From assembly GCF_036321535.1 (NCBI RefSeq), contig NC_087436.1:106022001-106086000 (forward strand): a DNA stretch of 64,000 nt. The letters are read 5' to 3'. This document shows, one piece after another, positions 12,460 through 25,829 of this stretch. The stretch's first letter is position 1, and each line of letters opens with the position of its first letter. Origin of the DNA: Camelus dromedarius (taxonomy: Eukaryota). The notes below the pieces were generated by a model. It was not told the DNA's origin, did no database searches, and saw only the letters and a list, made by a program, of their open reading frames with translations. A program made the translations under genes and the position numbers.

Positions 12460-12686
12460 CAGTTGACACTTGAACAACGTAGAAGTTAGGGGCTCTGACT
12501 CCCTCACCCTTTCCTGTGGAGTTGAAAATCTGAGTATAACTTGACATTTGGCCCTCTGTATCCTCAGTTCTGTATCTGTGGCTTCAACCAAGTTCAGATG
12601 GTGTAGTACCGTATGTATTTATTGAAAACAATCTACATGTGAGTGGACCTGCACAGTTCAAACCCATGTTGTTCAAGGGTCTACTG
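12460..12686. mobile_element. Tigger2-derived MITE (Tigger2a-like), 227 bp
   Basis: TIRs cagttgacacttgaacaac and gttgttcaagggtctactg. TA lies at the left flank. Confidence 0.85.
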
Positions 12687-13007
12687 GATATGTATTCCAC
12701 TTTAGCATGCCCTCCAACAACCATTCTCGTGTATATTATCTCATTTAATTGATTTTGAGCCTCACAACAACCTACTGGAGGGTAAACCTCAAGAGGGCAA
12801 TGACCTTGTCTGACTTATTCTCAGCCATAATCTTAGCACCTGGCACAGTGCTGGACATAGAGCAGGGGCTTCATATTTCCTTGAATTAGTGGCTCAGCTC
12901 ACTATCCCTCTCTACCCTTTCTTAAAAGCCAATAACATATTACTTTTGCTAAAGTCTTCCTTTATCACTCAAACTCTCTGTGTAACATGTACACCTTCTT
13001 TATAAAT

Positions 13008-13134
13008 TAAGGCCATGTTCTCCTATTTGCCAAGGACAGTTGCAGTTTGTTTCTGTTTTGGCACAATTATTAATAGAATCCTTTTTCACTCTCAAAAGTT
13101 TCCTGATTTGGTCGATGAATCATATGGTCATCCA
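13008..13134. mobile_element. MER94-like hAT MITE
   Basis: 'aattattaatag...tttcactctcaaaagtttcctgatttggtcgatgaatcatatggtcatcc' matches the recalled MER94 consensus. Confidence 0.7.
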
Positions 13135-13194
13135 CTTGGAACACTTAAAACATTGCTGAGCCCTGGAGGTTTGAATTTGCAAATCTGGTGGAGA

Positions 13195-13432
13195 GATGGT
13201 TGCCAAGTACAGACTCTGAAGTCAGACCACATGGGCTCGAATCCCAGCTCAGCCATCTTCTTGCTGTGCAAGTTGGGCTAGAACTTAATCTCTTGGTGTC
13301 TACATTGCCTTCTGGAGATCAGACTGAGACCTTTCTCACAGGGCTGCTGGTGAGGATTAAATGAAATAATTATGCAAAGTGCTCGCAACAGTGCCTAGGG
13401 TCACAGATAGGACTCTAAGTAGTAGCTGTTAG
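13195..13432 (+). mobile_element. MIR SINE
   Basis: 'actctgaagtcagac..gggctcgaatcccagctc...gtgaggattaaatgaaataat'. Confidence 0.85.
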
Positions 13433-16400
13433 GAGTGCTCTGTCCTTCAACGAGCTATAATGTGTTTGGAAGCCCATTCTTGGCATTGTCTATACTTCAG
13501 CATTCACTAGAAGTCAAACAAAATATATAAAGTTCCCCTCCAAAAGACTGTCCCATTGCAACACAAGTTGGTAACCAGCAAGTGTTTCTAGATCAAAATA
13601 CCCTTACACTGAGTGAGCAATTTACTTCATGCTCTCTCAGTCACCCCAGATTCATCAGCTTTGTCCTCTGGTTGACTGAATCTTCCAGAACAGAGACTTG
13701 TCTTTCCGATTCTCCTTACATTTTAAGGGAGTTGTGGTGGGGGCCTGGGGAAGGGTGTCCCCTTTCAGGGTCTGCCACTAAAACTGATTCATATTCCCTG
13801 TGTACATTTCTTATTGGGACCATCTCCACTGCAGAAAGCATTTCACTTGTACATTTCAGCCCTTTCTGACATTTGCTTTTAAAGTGAAAGCATCTGAACA
13901 TTACGGAGTTCAGTTAAGCTGGACATGAAGAGTCTCTGGTTTAAAAGGCACCAGAAACAAACAACAACCAATTTCAGCTTTTTTCCCCTTCTTCTGTACA
14001 ACACTGTTTATCAGACCAGATGATGTACTTGACTCTGAAACATTCATATGGAAAAAAAAAATTGAAGAATTGTGATTAAAATTGATTTTTTCCCTTTGGG
14101 AAGTTGGAATCAAAAATGGTTACCTGCTCATTTATGAAACAGATTTATTCTGTTGACATGGAGGCTTGTTTGAAATGTAATTGAATTTCTGTTACCTAAT
14201 GGAAAGTGACAGTTAACAGTATTTATTTTCCATTTGTGTCTCAGCAGATAACATAACACAATTTTGATTTGTAGTTAGCTTTGGAATCTGAGATTGTTCT
14301 ATCTCTGTAATTGAAAAGATGGGAGTGTGATGGCCCCAACACAATCCTTTTTTGTTTTTGTACAACCAGTAAAGGTAGCTTTAATACAGTAAACAGCCTC
14401 TCTTCCATGCTGCTAATGGTTATATTCAGATATACTGCATGAGGCATGTGTTTCTTATTAGACTCTAACACATCTTTCTACGTTGATAATCTCTCCATTT
14501 AGAGTCCCATTTTTTTTTCTCTCTGCAGCTAATTTCTGTAAATAACCTTTCCTCTGTCTTCTCCCCCTCCCTTTTGTGCAAAAATAACTTCTATCTTGGA
14601 AATAAAGTGAATAGTCTCCACGAGGATTTCAATCGTTCCTGTCTAGCTGACATTTCTGGGTGCCTTGTGGACGGGAGATGGAAGTTGTGGAGAAAGGACA
14701 GGTTTTGAATGTTGGTGGGAGTTCAACTCGGGGGTCTAGGTTTTCATGTCAGGGAAAGGAAGGCCTCCTTTGACTCGGTGTTACACTTTTAATTTACCTG
14801 AGACTAGACCGAGAGGTACAAGAATATCATGACTTCCAAAGGAGACTGAAAACGGGAAAGAATGTTTATTAAGATGGTTTTTGTCTTCATTTAGCAAAGT
14901 TGGAATCAGGTCTTGAGCCTATGTCTCTGGGCAAAGATTCATTTTTCTCCCACAACTGTGCTCCTCTGAGCCCCTGTTTTTCCGAAACTTCTTTGGATGG
15001 ATAATTCCTAACTGCCATTTGAGAAACACCAAGTGTGCATGACAAACGGCACAAATGGAGGTTTCACGGCCATTGGACTTGATTATGGAATGCCCTGCCT
15101 GGCCCTTGACTTGTTAAGTGACCGTGGGAAGTTCACTTCATCCACCTGCTGTAAACAAGGGCCTCAAAGGCCTTCAGCAGTGGTTGGATGAAAGGTCTTC
15201 AGCGAAGCTATAGCATTTTGATTCAATAAAACCAGCCTTCTGCCTCAGGGCCACCTCCATCAAACACCCTGTCAAAGGGCTCAAGTTTAAGACAAGTAGC
15301 TAAGATGGCCTGGAGGGCAGGGTCAAAGAAGAGATTGGCTGCATGCTGACCATTCATAACAACAGCCTTTAAGGGGAGAAGAGACATTCCAGCTCTTACT
15401 AATTTAAAAGTGGCCCATCCGTCTCTGTGGGCGGTGCAGCTCTCCTCCAGGAAGAAAGTATTCCAGCAAGGACATTACTCAGGACATATTTTTTTTCTTT
15501 CTTTTTCGATATATGATGCTTTATAAACAGTGATGCAGCCATGAAATCAAACCTTTTATACAACATCAGATATCATAACCATCAATTATTAGTCTACCAT
15601 CAAACCGTTTCCTTGTTCGTGTTGAGAAATGAATCAAGAGGGAAGATGGGTTTTCAGAGGTGGCTTGAATGCAGAGTGGCAAGGGACTCAGGAGAATGCT
15701 TGGGGCAGGGGGACAACGTGGGGGTGGGGGACGCAAAGAGAATAAAAAGGGCTTCTCCTAACATAGAAATAGCCTGGATTCAAAGTGAATGTTGAATTTC
15801 AGGAGTAGCGTGGCCCCCAGGACTATTTCATAATATAGTTACTCCTTCAGTAGACACTCATTGGGCACCTCTCGTGTGCCCAGCCCTATGCTAGTTTAAG
15901 GGGACAAGAAATGATAAAAAGACCTCAGACAGGATCTTTGCATTTGAGGCCGTCACTGGTTCTAAGAACCACGAAACCTTGGCTGCCTGCTTCAAAAACA
16001 CATGCACACACACTTTGTTTTGGATGATGATGAGGACGGGGAGGGTGCATTTTAAACTTTTTATTAAATGCTGATGCTTAAAGAATCCTCTTTGATGGCC
16101 TTTAGAAGCTAACTGCAATCTCCCTCAACTGATGTTGCTTATTTACTAAATAAGACCCCATGCTATTTTATGACTTGATGACTCAGTTTCTCTGTCAATA
16201 AAATTATGTCAGTAATTTTACCTACCCCTTAGGGATATTTGCAATTTGCTGCAAATTTTAGGGGTGAAAAGCTCTAAATTACTACTGGTGTTGTTATTTA
16301 CTTAACAGCTAGAGTTCAATTCTCATCAACATGAACCTCATTAACCCTGGACTTGGATAGTTTTGCCAGATAAAATCCTTCCAAATTACGGGGTCTGAAA

Positions 16401-16539
16401 GATCTTGATCTTCTTTTTAATGATAAATAGTGAAAAATAAATCAACTTTTATTAAGGTAAAATCTGAATTATATTCATTTATTCACCATTAACAGGCTCA
16501 CAAATGACTATTTGGATTTTTAGTTGACTTTATACAATA

Positions 16540-16990
16540 TTGAATTAAGTAGCGAATAAACAAATCAGGTGTGGGATTTTTCTCTTTATGAATGAAGACC
16601 AGAAACAGCCCTTTAACACTGGCATGGTAGCTCCAAAAATTTATTAGGGACCCAGGTCTTTCTGTTCTTTCATTTGTAATGTATGGGGCTTTCCTCTTCA
16701 AGATGAAAAAGAGTTGCTAAATCTCCAGTTGTTATTTCCATGTTTCAGGCAGGAAGAGCAAGGGCAAGGGCAATAAAAGGGGGTGAATTCCAGTCTGGTG
16801 TCATCTTTTAGGGAGTTTCTTGGACATCCCAGGCAATGACTTCTGCTTGCATTTCATTGGCCAGAATTTACCTCTTCATACGTAGCTGCAAGGGAAGCTG
16901 TGAGATGTAGCCTCAACTGGGCAAATGAAATTGGGGCTTTATTAGTAAGCAGGATGGGAGAATGAAGTTTAGCTTAGGCTGCCTACCTAA
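16540..16990 (-). mobile_element. Old MaLR LTR (MLT1K/L-like)
   Basis: Motifs 'gggacccaggtctttct', 'acttctgcttgcatttcattggccagaa' and 'agctgcaagggaagctg'. Confidence 0.7.
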
Positions 16991-17145
16991 CAGACATTAG
17001 GTAGACATTCTCTGTGGTATGCGTGTACTAGTTTGTAAGTTGATGGGTCAATTTAATAACCAGTTTATTGCAGGTGTCAGCTTACTGCCAGATGCCAAAG
17101 GTAAATCAGTTTATCTAGCTAGAAATTTACATTATGCATTTGTAG

Positions 17146-17147
<2 letters not shown>

Positions 17148-17182
<35 letters not shown>
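17148..17182. repeat. (TG)n microsatellite
   Basis: Read directly from the sequence. Confidence 0.95.
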
Positions 17183-17190
<8 letters not shown>

Positions 17191-18925
17191 GATGGTTGTG
17201 TATACATACTTATTTTTACACAATAAGTATAATTTTTGATACATGCTTGTGGAATGCATCATCACATGAGTATGTATATATGTCATATACTTACATCCTG
17301 TGTTTTTAACTTATGTAAACAATTCTATAGTTTAGAAAAATACCGTTGCTTAAAGGAGAAAAAACATAAAAGCAGTAGGAAGGCAGTTGTGCCTTATTTC
17401 TAGTTAATGAGGTCTTATATATCACAATGTGGCAGATTGAACAATAGTATAAAAATATGAGGAAGACACAAGTAACTGGTGCAGACGGTTCCTGAAGAAA
17501 GAGCAGGAAGTGGGTACTGAAGGCAGGAATGCCAGAGTCCTCACGTTTATCTCATGCTGCACCCACCTAATCAGACCTGACCTCTAGAAGGCCTAGATGC
17601 ATGGGACCCTCATCAGACTGGAAATGATGAATTAACTAAAAGCTTAAATTGCAAATATGAAAATGTTTAATTTGCACATCACAGATAAAAAAGGCACACG
17701 ATTTTTGAGGCAGGCTCTAATTTCAACACACAGGGTTCTTACAGATGAGGTTCACTCATATACAATTAACCTAAGAAGATTTTACATTTCTCAGAAAGGT
17801 GCTTTCTTGCCTGGAATTTCTAGCCTCATCCTTGTCTCTAGTGATACTATTCATACTCTAGTGTAAGATGTGTCTTTCCTGAAGGACCCAAACAGCCTAG
17901 TTCAATAGGCTTGCGATAGTCCCTGAGATGGAAGTTACTTATGTGTTAGGTTGGGACATCATTAGTTTGGGCCACAGAGACTTGATTGGCCACCGGTCCA
18001 TGTTCAAATGAGTTGTATTTTGACTTATTTGGAAAAGGGAGACTAAATTGTAGCCCACACTTTCCAAACAGTGAGCTACCTCTTCAATCCCTCCAGGGCT
18101 GAGCAAGATGGTTAACCGTTTCAGCCCTCTGAAGGGGCTTCATTTAGTAAAATACTGCTCCAGGGCACCATGGAACCTTAAAAATCCCATACACTTACTT
18201 CTGCGTACAATCCTACACCCAAGACAGAACTAAGTCCCTTCTGTTACAACTGCTTAGGCAATAATGCTCATGCACAAGCCATAGACTTTTAACATTGCAA
18301 TGTCAATATATTTTTTTTATTACACTGGAAACTATGGCTTTAGTGAATAATTTTTAATAGCAAAAGTCCCATTTATCAACGAGGTTCTGTGGTCGGCTGT
18401 GGCAATCCATGCTGACAAATGAGGAAATCAGTGACTGAATTTAAAAATCAGGTCCTTGGAGAAGTTGTGTAATAAAGAGCATAAAATTTTCACCGCAGCT
18501 GTTCTTTGTGTTCAATCTGCGTATTTGGCTGTGACTTTTGGCAGCGTTTGTGCATTGGTTTTGGTATAGAATATTTTATCCCCTTCTTGGTAATGAGACC
18601 TATGGATTTAGTTGACTCAATTCTGTACTTCTTTTTACTGCTTCATCCACCAGTGGCCTATTAGCTGTTATATTACTGTAGCGAGAGGAGTTGTTTAGGT
18701 TCTTATCATTAAACATTTAGCAAGCACATTTATTAGACACATATGTGGTATAAATGCTGTTTCACAGAAGGGAGGCATAGGTGCTTCTAGACGTTTACAT
18801 TTTGGGAAGAGTAAACTGGTACGACAGATAACAGTGAAACCCAAGAACTTTATAGGAACTATGCCTCTTGGACATCTGTTTCTAGGTTTTGTTTTTGGTG
18901 TGGAATTAAGCACAGTAAAAGACGT

Positions 18926-18953
18926 GTAGTTTTGTAGTTTTGTAGTTTTGTAG
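18926..18953. repeat. 8-bp tandem repeat (TGTAGTTT) x ~3.5
   Basis: Read directly from the sequence. Confidence 0.85.
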
Positions 18954-19184
18954 AGTAACTATTCATTCTCTGCTACATTTTAAGCTCAGACCGTGTCTGT
19001 TTCTATGACTGTTCAGTGCCTAGCCCAGAATCTGGTATGTGTAGACGCTTAGTGGGTGTTGGCTGAAGTGGACTAAACTGCTCTGAAGGTGAAATACCAT
19101 CCTAGCCAGGATCAGGTAGGCTATGCTGAGTCAACAAACAGTCCTCAGACATGGTGATCAAGAGCAGCGTGCGTATCAGTGATA

Positions 19185-19435
19185 AGAATGGTGACCAGCA
19201 TGTGTTGATTACCTGTAACATAGTAAACAGTGTTCTAAATAGTTTACCTGGATTAACTCCTTGAAACCTCACAACTAAATGATATGCGTACTAGCATCAT
19301 TTCCACTTTGTAGTCAAGGAAACAGAAACCCCAAGTGGTTAAACAACTTATTCAAGGCTGCACAGTAAGCCTCAGAGCCAGGATGCTTACTTTGGAAGTC
19401 TGATTTCAGTGTCTGAGCTTGAAACCACTCTATAA
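19185..19435 (-). mobile_element. MIR SINE
   Basis: Antisense MIR: 'cctcacaact...ggttaaacaacttattcaaggctgcacag'. Confidence 0.75.
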
Positions 19436-19519
19436 TATTTTTGTAACCATTTAATGTTTTTGCTTCCCAAAGCATATCTTTTCCCTGACTCACCCCCTTT
19501 AAAAAAGTTTTTAAGTGAA

Positions 19520-19523
<4 letters not shown>

Positions 19524-19585
<62 letters not shown>
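19524..19585. repeat. (TTTA)n microsatellite, probably a retroposon tail
   Basis: Read directly. The following 'aattggagtaca' resembles a reverse L1 3' terminus. Confidence 0.9.
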
Positions 19586-19586
<1 letters not shown>

Positions 19587-19595
19587 TTGGAGTAC

Positions 19596-19897
19596 AATCC
19601 CCTTTTCTTCCTGATAAGAGCATGTGAATTTTACTTTTTCTCTCTCTCAGGAATTGGAATATTGACTGTAATTGCAGCTAAAATAATGTCTCCATGGTGG
19701 TGGTTGGTATGAGAATCTATTAATTTCTGCTATCTAGATCCTCTGTTTTCTTCTGAACCCTGACTCACAATCTTTCAGTTGGTCCCAAGAGTCATTGTAG
19801 GAACTCTTATTCTCTTCTTTGTGAAAATTATTTGGGCTTACATTGGCCAAAGGTGGTTTCTGTTGCTTGCAACCAAAGAACTCTGATTGACCCAGAC
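19596..19897 (+). mobile_element. Old MaLR LTR (MLT1-type) fragment
   Basis: MLT1-type 3' end 'ggtttctgttgcttgcaaccaaagaactctgattgac'. Confidence 0.6.
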
Positions 19898-21338
19898 AGA
19901 GCATAGCTGAGAGGAGAGTGGTTACATCTCACTGACACGTTTCTCTTTGTCTCCATGTCTCTTGGCACAGAGCAGTAGAGGCCTTGGACACAGGCAAACT
20001 AGGCTGTTTTTGCCACTTTTTTCCCCATGTGGAAATGGTATACTCATTCGATGGTGATTGAAATGAATCAAAATATGAGGGGTTCTCACTTCCTTTACTT
20101 CCCTCAAAGCTCATGATGAGATCCAGGTGTTATTTTCTGACTTCTGGGATGGAAACAAACTCTTGAGGTTGGCTTTTCCTGACCTTATGGCAACAAATCT
20201 CTTTTTGCGGTGGCCCTTTTCTTCTAGGTACAAAGATTACATATGGATGATCGACATCTATTCATTGGCTTTTATGGAGCATTTACATCCCCATGATGGC
20301 CTGTGAAAGTAAATTGTATGTTTGTGTTTTGAAGTGAGCTGAAGGCTGTAAGAAGTCATGGGCAGAAAGGAGAGGCTTTTAAAAGTACACTTCTGAGAAG
20401 AATTGTATCAAAGCATCACAGCCTAATGGTTCAGAGTTTGGGCTTTTTGGGAGAGGGATCATAGGGATGTGGGTTTAATTCTTCTAGCTCTACTACTTGG
20501 CATCTCTGGGAAAGCTATCTAGCCTCTGCCTCACTTCCCCATTTGTACTAGTAAGGTTGTGATGCCAACCGTGTGCCTGGGATTTAGCAGATGTTTATTA
20601 AATGATGCTCACTGTTAGTAATATTGACTTGATGCCCAGAACTCTTTCTAGTTCCAAGTGAGAGTCACTTTGACACTTCTTTACTGTGTTTTATTTATGG
20701 TACTTCTATGCATTTGTCTTGTCTTCTTAATATTCAAGTCCCTTGTCTTTTGTCTTGTTCCCCTGCTATCAACCAGAATCAATCCATAGTATCTAAGACA
20801 GTCCTCCACACATTGTACATTTACAATTGAAAAAAAATAATGCATTGATTTGAATGGTGAGATAGGATGACATATGCTTGGGGGTAGGACAGATCGTGAT
20901 GTCCATCCTGACACCTCTGTTTACCGGCTTTCTGACCCTGGGCAGGTTTCTGCAACTTGCCAAGTGATAAATAATACAAGCTTCACAGAGATGTGAGGAT
21001 TCAATGAGTTAGAGTTATAAAAGCCTAGCACAGAGGCCTCGCACAAACATCGAGGTGCTTTTGGTGATAACAGTATTTTCTGTTTGAAATATGAGTGGGT
21101 TACCACTCTAAAGCGTGTATCACAGGTCCACACAGCTAGGACTGCTGAAGTGGTAAAGTTCACAATGGTGACGCCACCGACCACGTTTCTTGAAGGCTGC
21201 TAGGTCCTGAATTTGTGAATAATTCAAGCACATTTTTTGCCAACCTAATTGATTTAGACGAAGCGTCTGGCCTTTGAGTGTTTGCCAGCGGGACTTAACT
21301 CCTTGTCTTCTCAGGATCCACTTACATTCTTTGTGGGC

Positions 21339-21524
21339 TAGGGGTGACAGATAAAATACAGGACAATTAATTTAACTTTCAGATAAACAATGAATAATTT
21401 TTTAGTATAAATATGTCCCATGCAATATTTGGGACATAACATACTAAAAATTATTTGTTATTAATTTGACACTTGCTTTCAACTGGACATTCTGTATTTT
21501 TATTTTCTAAATCTGATAGCCCTA
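21339..21524. mobile_element. MER53 palindromic hAT MITE
   Basis: Termini taggggtgacagat and atctgatagcccta. Internal palindrome tttagtat..tatgtccca/tgggacata..atactaaa. Imperfect TSD with core tgtggg. Confidence 0.9.
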
Positions 21525-24159
21525 TGTGGGGTCCTATCTCAACTATGTCTATGAATCTTGCTGGTCAAGTCAAGACCAGTCCTTTCAGGATGAGGTTAGG
21601 TTTCTCTCTGCACTGTCTGGTGCCCTGGATTCTAGCACAAGGCTCTCTCTGATGCTTTTCCCACAAACTCCAATAGAACCCTATTTTACCTTAATTTTGT
21701 GTTCATCTATTTTAATCCGTTTCATCAGATGAACAACATTAACTCATCCTATTTATATATAATCTATTTATAAACACTGAAAAAGAGAGGGTATATTTGG
21801 CAGGAAAAACAACTTCTGTTTAGCAATTGGCAAATGCCAAGAGAGGTTTGGCTTCCAATAAATGTCTCTAAAAGTTGTGATGGAGGGAAGGAGATTATTA
21901 AGATCCTCTTCCTCTTTGGGTAAACTTAAAAAATGAAAACAAACACACAAAAGCATCTCGTGATGAGGAAAGCGGTTTTGCTTTGGTCCTTAAAGAATTT
22001 TTTTTGAGGCTGCTTCTTAGTCCCAACTCTCAAGGCACTAACTAAACAGCTTTGCATTAATTGGAGAGGCAGCTGGGTTGAAAGCAGTGATTGATGCCTC
22101 TGATTGACCGCGGCATGGCCAGTCGTCCATGAAACTGCCTCCTCAGAAGCCTTCCCAGGCACTTGCTGGTGCACGCGGGGCCCAGGGAGGACAAGGGACC
22201 TGGGGTTGTGCTGTGTTTCTGCGTAGGCTTTGTGGCTAGAACTGCCACCCTCAAAAAGCCCGGTGGTCGTCATCCCAGAGTTACAAACATGGCTGATGCC
22301 AAAGAGCTGGGAGCATCTAATGCCTTGTCATTGCATCTTTGTGGGATCATGGAGAAAAACAAAATAAAAGGAAATCCTTTGCCTGGTTTCTTATCTTTCA
22401 AAGGGAGAGATTAAAATTGACTGCACAGTGATTTGGTGTCCATGGATGAAGAGACCCATAGGAATGCTGACTCTTGTTAGAAATCCTCAAAGGCCAATGA
22501 TTCTCTGTCTACGGAAAGCTTGTCTCGGGGTGGTGGTGGGGGGGGAGGTTTGGACCTCAGTAGCTTCTCTTGGTGGCAACCTAGCTGGTTTATGCTCATT
22601 GTCACTTATTCTTTAATTTGTGATCTAGCTAGACTTCTGACTTGCTTCCTATTTATTTTAGAAGATAAAATTTGTAGCAGTAGATATGCAATATTTATTC
22701 CCAAAGAGAGACTTTAGCAATGAAAGCTCATAAAAATTAAAGCCTTCCACAAAGAAGCTATAGTATGCATTTTAGGGATGTTACCTGTGTATTAATGGAC
22801 AACAGAACATCGTTCAAGTCATATTTTCTGAGCGTCAACTATGTACCAGGCAAGGCTCTATAGCTGTAATAATAATCATAATAACTGGCACTTACATAGG
22901 TTTCCTGCCTGGCAAGTTCTGTTCTCAAAATTTCATGCATTTATGTATTCCTCTGTCTCCTCATTCATACCATAAAAGTAGCCTCAGCTTTGGCCCAGGC
23001 CTTCTCTAAGAAAATGCCATAGGGAAGAAATAAGAGAAAATGTAATTTCTATACTCAAAGATCTGGGTTTAAATTCAAAAGAGAAGGCATTTGTACCTGT
23101 GACAATCAGAAAAATATTTAGGGTGACTTGTAACACCTGAGTTCTGAGCAAGGGGAGGGTACTTGAGGAAGAAGATCATTCGAGAAAGCACGGAGGAAAG
23201 CTATAACCCCTGAGTTAGCCCTTGAAGAAAGGTTGGGCTCTGGAGTGGTAGCAAGGATGCAGGAGGAGCGCTGGCGTGGGGTGGGGGTGGGGGACGCCTG
23301 TTTAAGGGAGCAAGGCAGGCATGACTGGGTGACATTTCTGAAGCTTCTCTGCGAAAGGGCATGTCTAGGAGACGGAACATCCGGTCTCGGCCACCTGCTT
23401 ATTTGTAATTGACATTTTCCTTAGAAGAGTGGACAGCAGTCCTGACCTCTAATCTCTTCTTAGCCCCTCCTTTCTCAAAAGTGACCTGAACAGACATAAT
23501 CAGGGCATTCAGAGCAACTCATAGCAGTTCCCTCTTTCAGGGCAGGGAGTATTTTTTGAGTGGCTCTTTTGCACTTGGAGAGGCAGAATGTGTTCTCCCA
23601 GGGTTCATCTCTATGCAGAGGTGCGAATAGAGGCCAAATCCTTGGGACCCTCCCTGCGTAGGAGGTAAGTCTTAGAGAAGCCTATGTGCTCATATATCTG
23701 TCTAGTCATTCAGCCCTGCATCTGGCCTTTCTGTCTGTCCATCTCAGTCCTTTTGGTCTGTCTCCCTGCCTTTTCTTTCTTCTTCCTCACCTGCTTTTTT
23801 CTTCTCTGAGGAAGCCAGGTCCTCTCAGTGTCTTCTGTGCTGGGGGCTGCTGCCCAACAGCTCAAGTGATCACCCTTTGTGTTCTGCGTCTGCAGGAGTC
23901 CTGGTTAGTTTCTTCCAGCTGCTCTAGCCATTTGCTCCTCAAATTCACTTATGTCTTCATTTCTCACATTCTCCAATGAATTCTCTCTCCAGCTCCTCCA
24001 CTCTTCACTGATTTCATGCCAGATGTTTCTCTCTGACTTACTGCTTGCTTCCTGCTCCTTTTCTCTTTTAATTAATTAATTAATTAATTTTTCATGTTCA
24101 CTGGTCTCCACCCTAGGCACCCTGGCCCCTGAGTTCAGCTTAAACATTCAGGATGTTCA

Positions 24160-24390
24160 ACTGCCCAGGCCTTGGGATCAGCTGGACTCGGGATAGAAGC
24201 CCGCTCTACTGTGTGTTTGGGGACAAGTTGTTTAGGTCTCTGAGCCTAAGGATCCTCCTACTGAGGGATGACACTCCCCACCTCCTGGGGTTTGTGAGGA
24301 TGAAGTGCAGTACTGCAGGCTGTGTCCGGGGCTCAGCACCATGTCTGGGAGAGAGCAGGAACCCCGTGAATGGCAGCCACGGTTATTACT
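24160..24390 (+). mobile_element. MIR SINE
   Basis: 'ggacaagttgtttaggtctctgagccta...ggtttgtgaggatgaagtg'. Confidence 0.7.
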
Positions 24391-24910
24391 CACCGTGCAA
24401 AGCCATCCTAGTCCAACTTCAAGGAGAACTCTTTAACATTTCCATCAAAAACACATTGACATAGAAGGGCTGTCCATGACTTCTTGTCCACTACAAAACT
24501 AAGATGGGGAAGTGGTGGGGAGTAGTTAATTCACTATGTTGTTAAGAGATACTGAGAGAGAGAGAGAGAGAGAATTTCAAATAGGCAGTCTTATCAGACT
24601 CAGGGATTTGGACTTGTTAGCAAGAGCAAAGGAGACAAACTTATTAAACAAAAGAGTAACTCTGGGTACCCATTTCTGGGAGATTCATCTGGCAATTGGA
24701 TGGAGGACTTGAGGGGAACTGGAGATAGGATAACCATGTAGGAGGCCACAGTGATGATCTGAGAGACAGAAAGGGGGGCAATAAAGACCTAGATTGCAGT
24801 GACAGCAGAGAAGGATGAGTGGGATATATGAGATAGTGAGGGTGCAGTGGAGGGGAGGAGAGAGAAACATGTAAGCCAAAATTTTGTCTGGAGGATATGG
24901 TGGAAATGGT

Positions 24911-25308
24911 TGTTTCAAATTAATAAAAACGAGGACCTTTTTTTGAGCAGAGAAAGATTTATTGCTGGGCTGAGCCAGGAGAACAGTTGGCTTGTGCCCA
25001 AACCCCACCCCCAACCCCTACTCCCCAAAGGGTGTCTGCTGAGCATTTTTAAAGGTCAGCTGAGGTGTCGGGGAGTGTCCCAGGTATGTGATCAGCTGTG
25101 CACAATTCTTTGATTGGTTGATGGTGCTCAGTCCTTAGGCTACATGCTCATGATCATTAAACACTTAATTTCTTCCATTTGATGGTGGTTTTTAGCATCT
25201 CAGGAAAGATGCATGAGATACTATTATCTGGGTACTTCAGAGAGGAGCTATAGCAGAGGATATGGGGGAAGATCTGTCCTGGGACCCTTAGGGTCCTGCT
25301 CCATTACG
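24911..25308 (-). mobile_element. ERV1-class solo LTR (MER34/MER39-like group) inserted in antisense L2 remnants
   Basis: Contains the reverse polyA signal 'tttattgc', 'tgattggttgatggtg', and the terminal 'gggtcctgctccattac'. Motifs are shared with the LTR at 39385-40109. Confidence 0.7.
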
Positions 25309-25829
25309 CTATTGAACATGCCAGTAAAGCAAAGAGGAATCAGAAGGAAAAGAGACATTGAATTAAATTTTAGGCAGCTTGTGACTCTAATGTCTTATTA
25401 AATGGGTTTCAAAATTAGAATCAACAGAGTCAGAAATAAGGGGCTGTATTTGGGAATCACCAGCAGTGAGTTATTACTTGAAATGTTCTTTCACTCCCTT
25501 AGTTATAGTTATTAAGTGCCTACTTTGTGCAGGCATGCTTCTATGAGCTAGCGATACAGGAGTGAGCAAAACGAAGTCCCTGCCCTCCTAGAGCTTATGT
25601 TCCAGTGTGAGAACAGGATGCGCACTCAAGGAAATCCTGATCAGAAATCACACTGACTTTGGAGTGGCTCCATGCTCAGCACTCTACTTGGATTAATTAT
25701 GTTATTTTTTTCTCAGTCAACTCAGTGAGGTAGACACTACTATAATCTCCATTTAATAGAAAAGGAAGTGGAGGCTTAGGGAGGCTGATTCAGTGGGAGA
25801 AACAGAAGACTGAAGACTGAGCTTTGCAG

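Noticed and set aside
23602..23664. 63-nt exon between ctcccAG and a perfect GAG|GTAAGT donor
   Set aside because: The polypyrimidine tract is short, one frame has a stop, and the peptide is unrecognised. Such pairs arise by chance in 64 kb.
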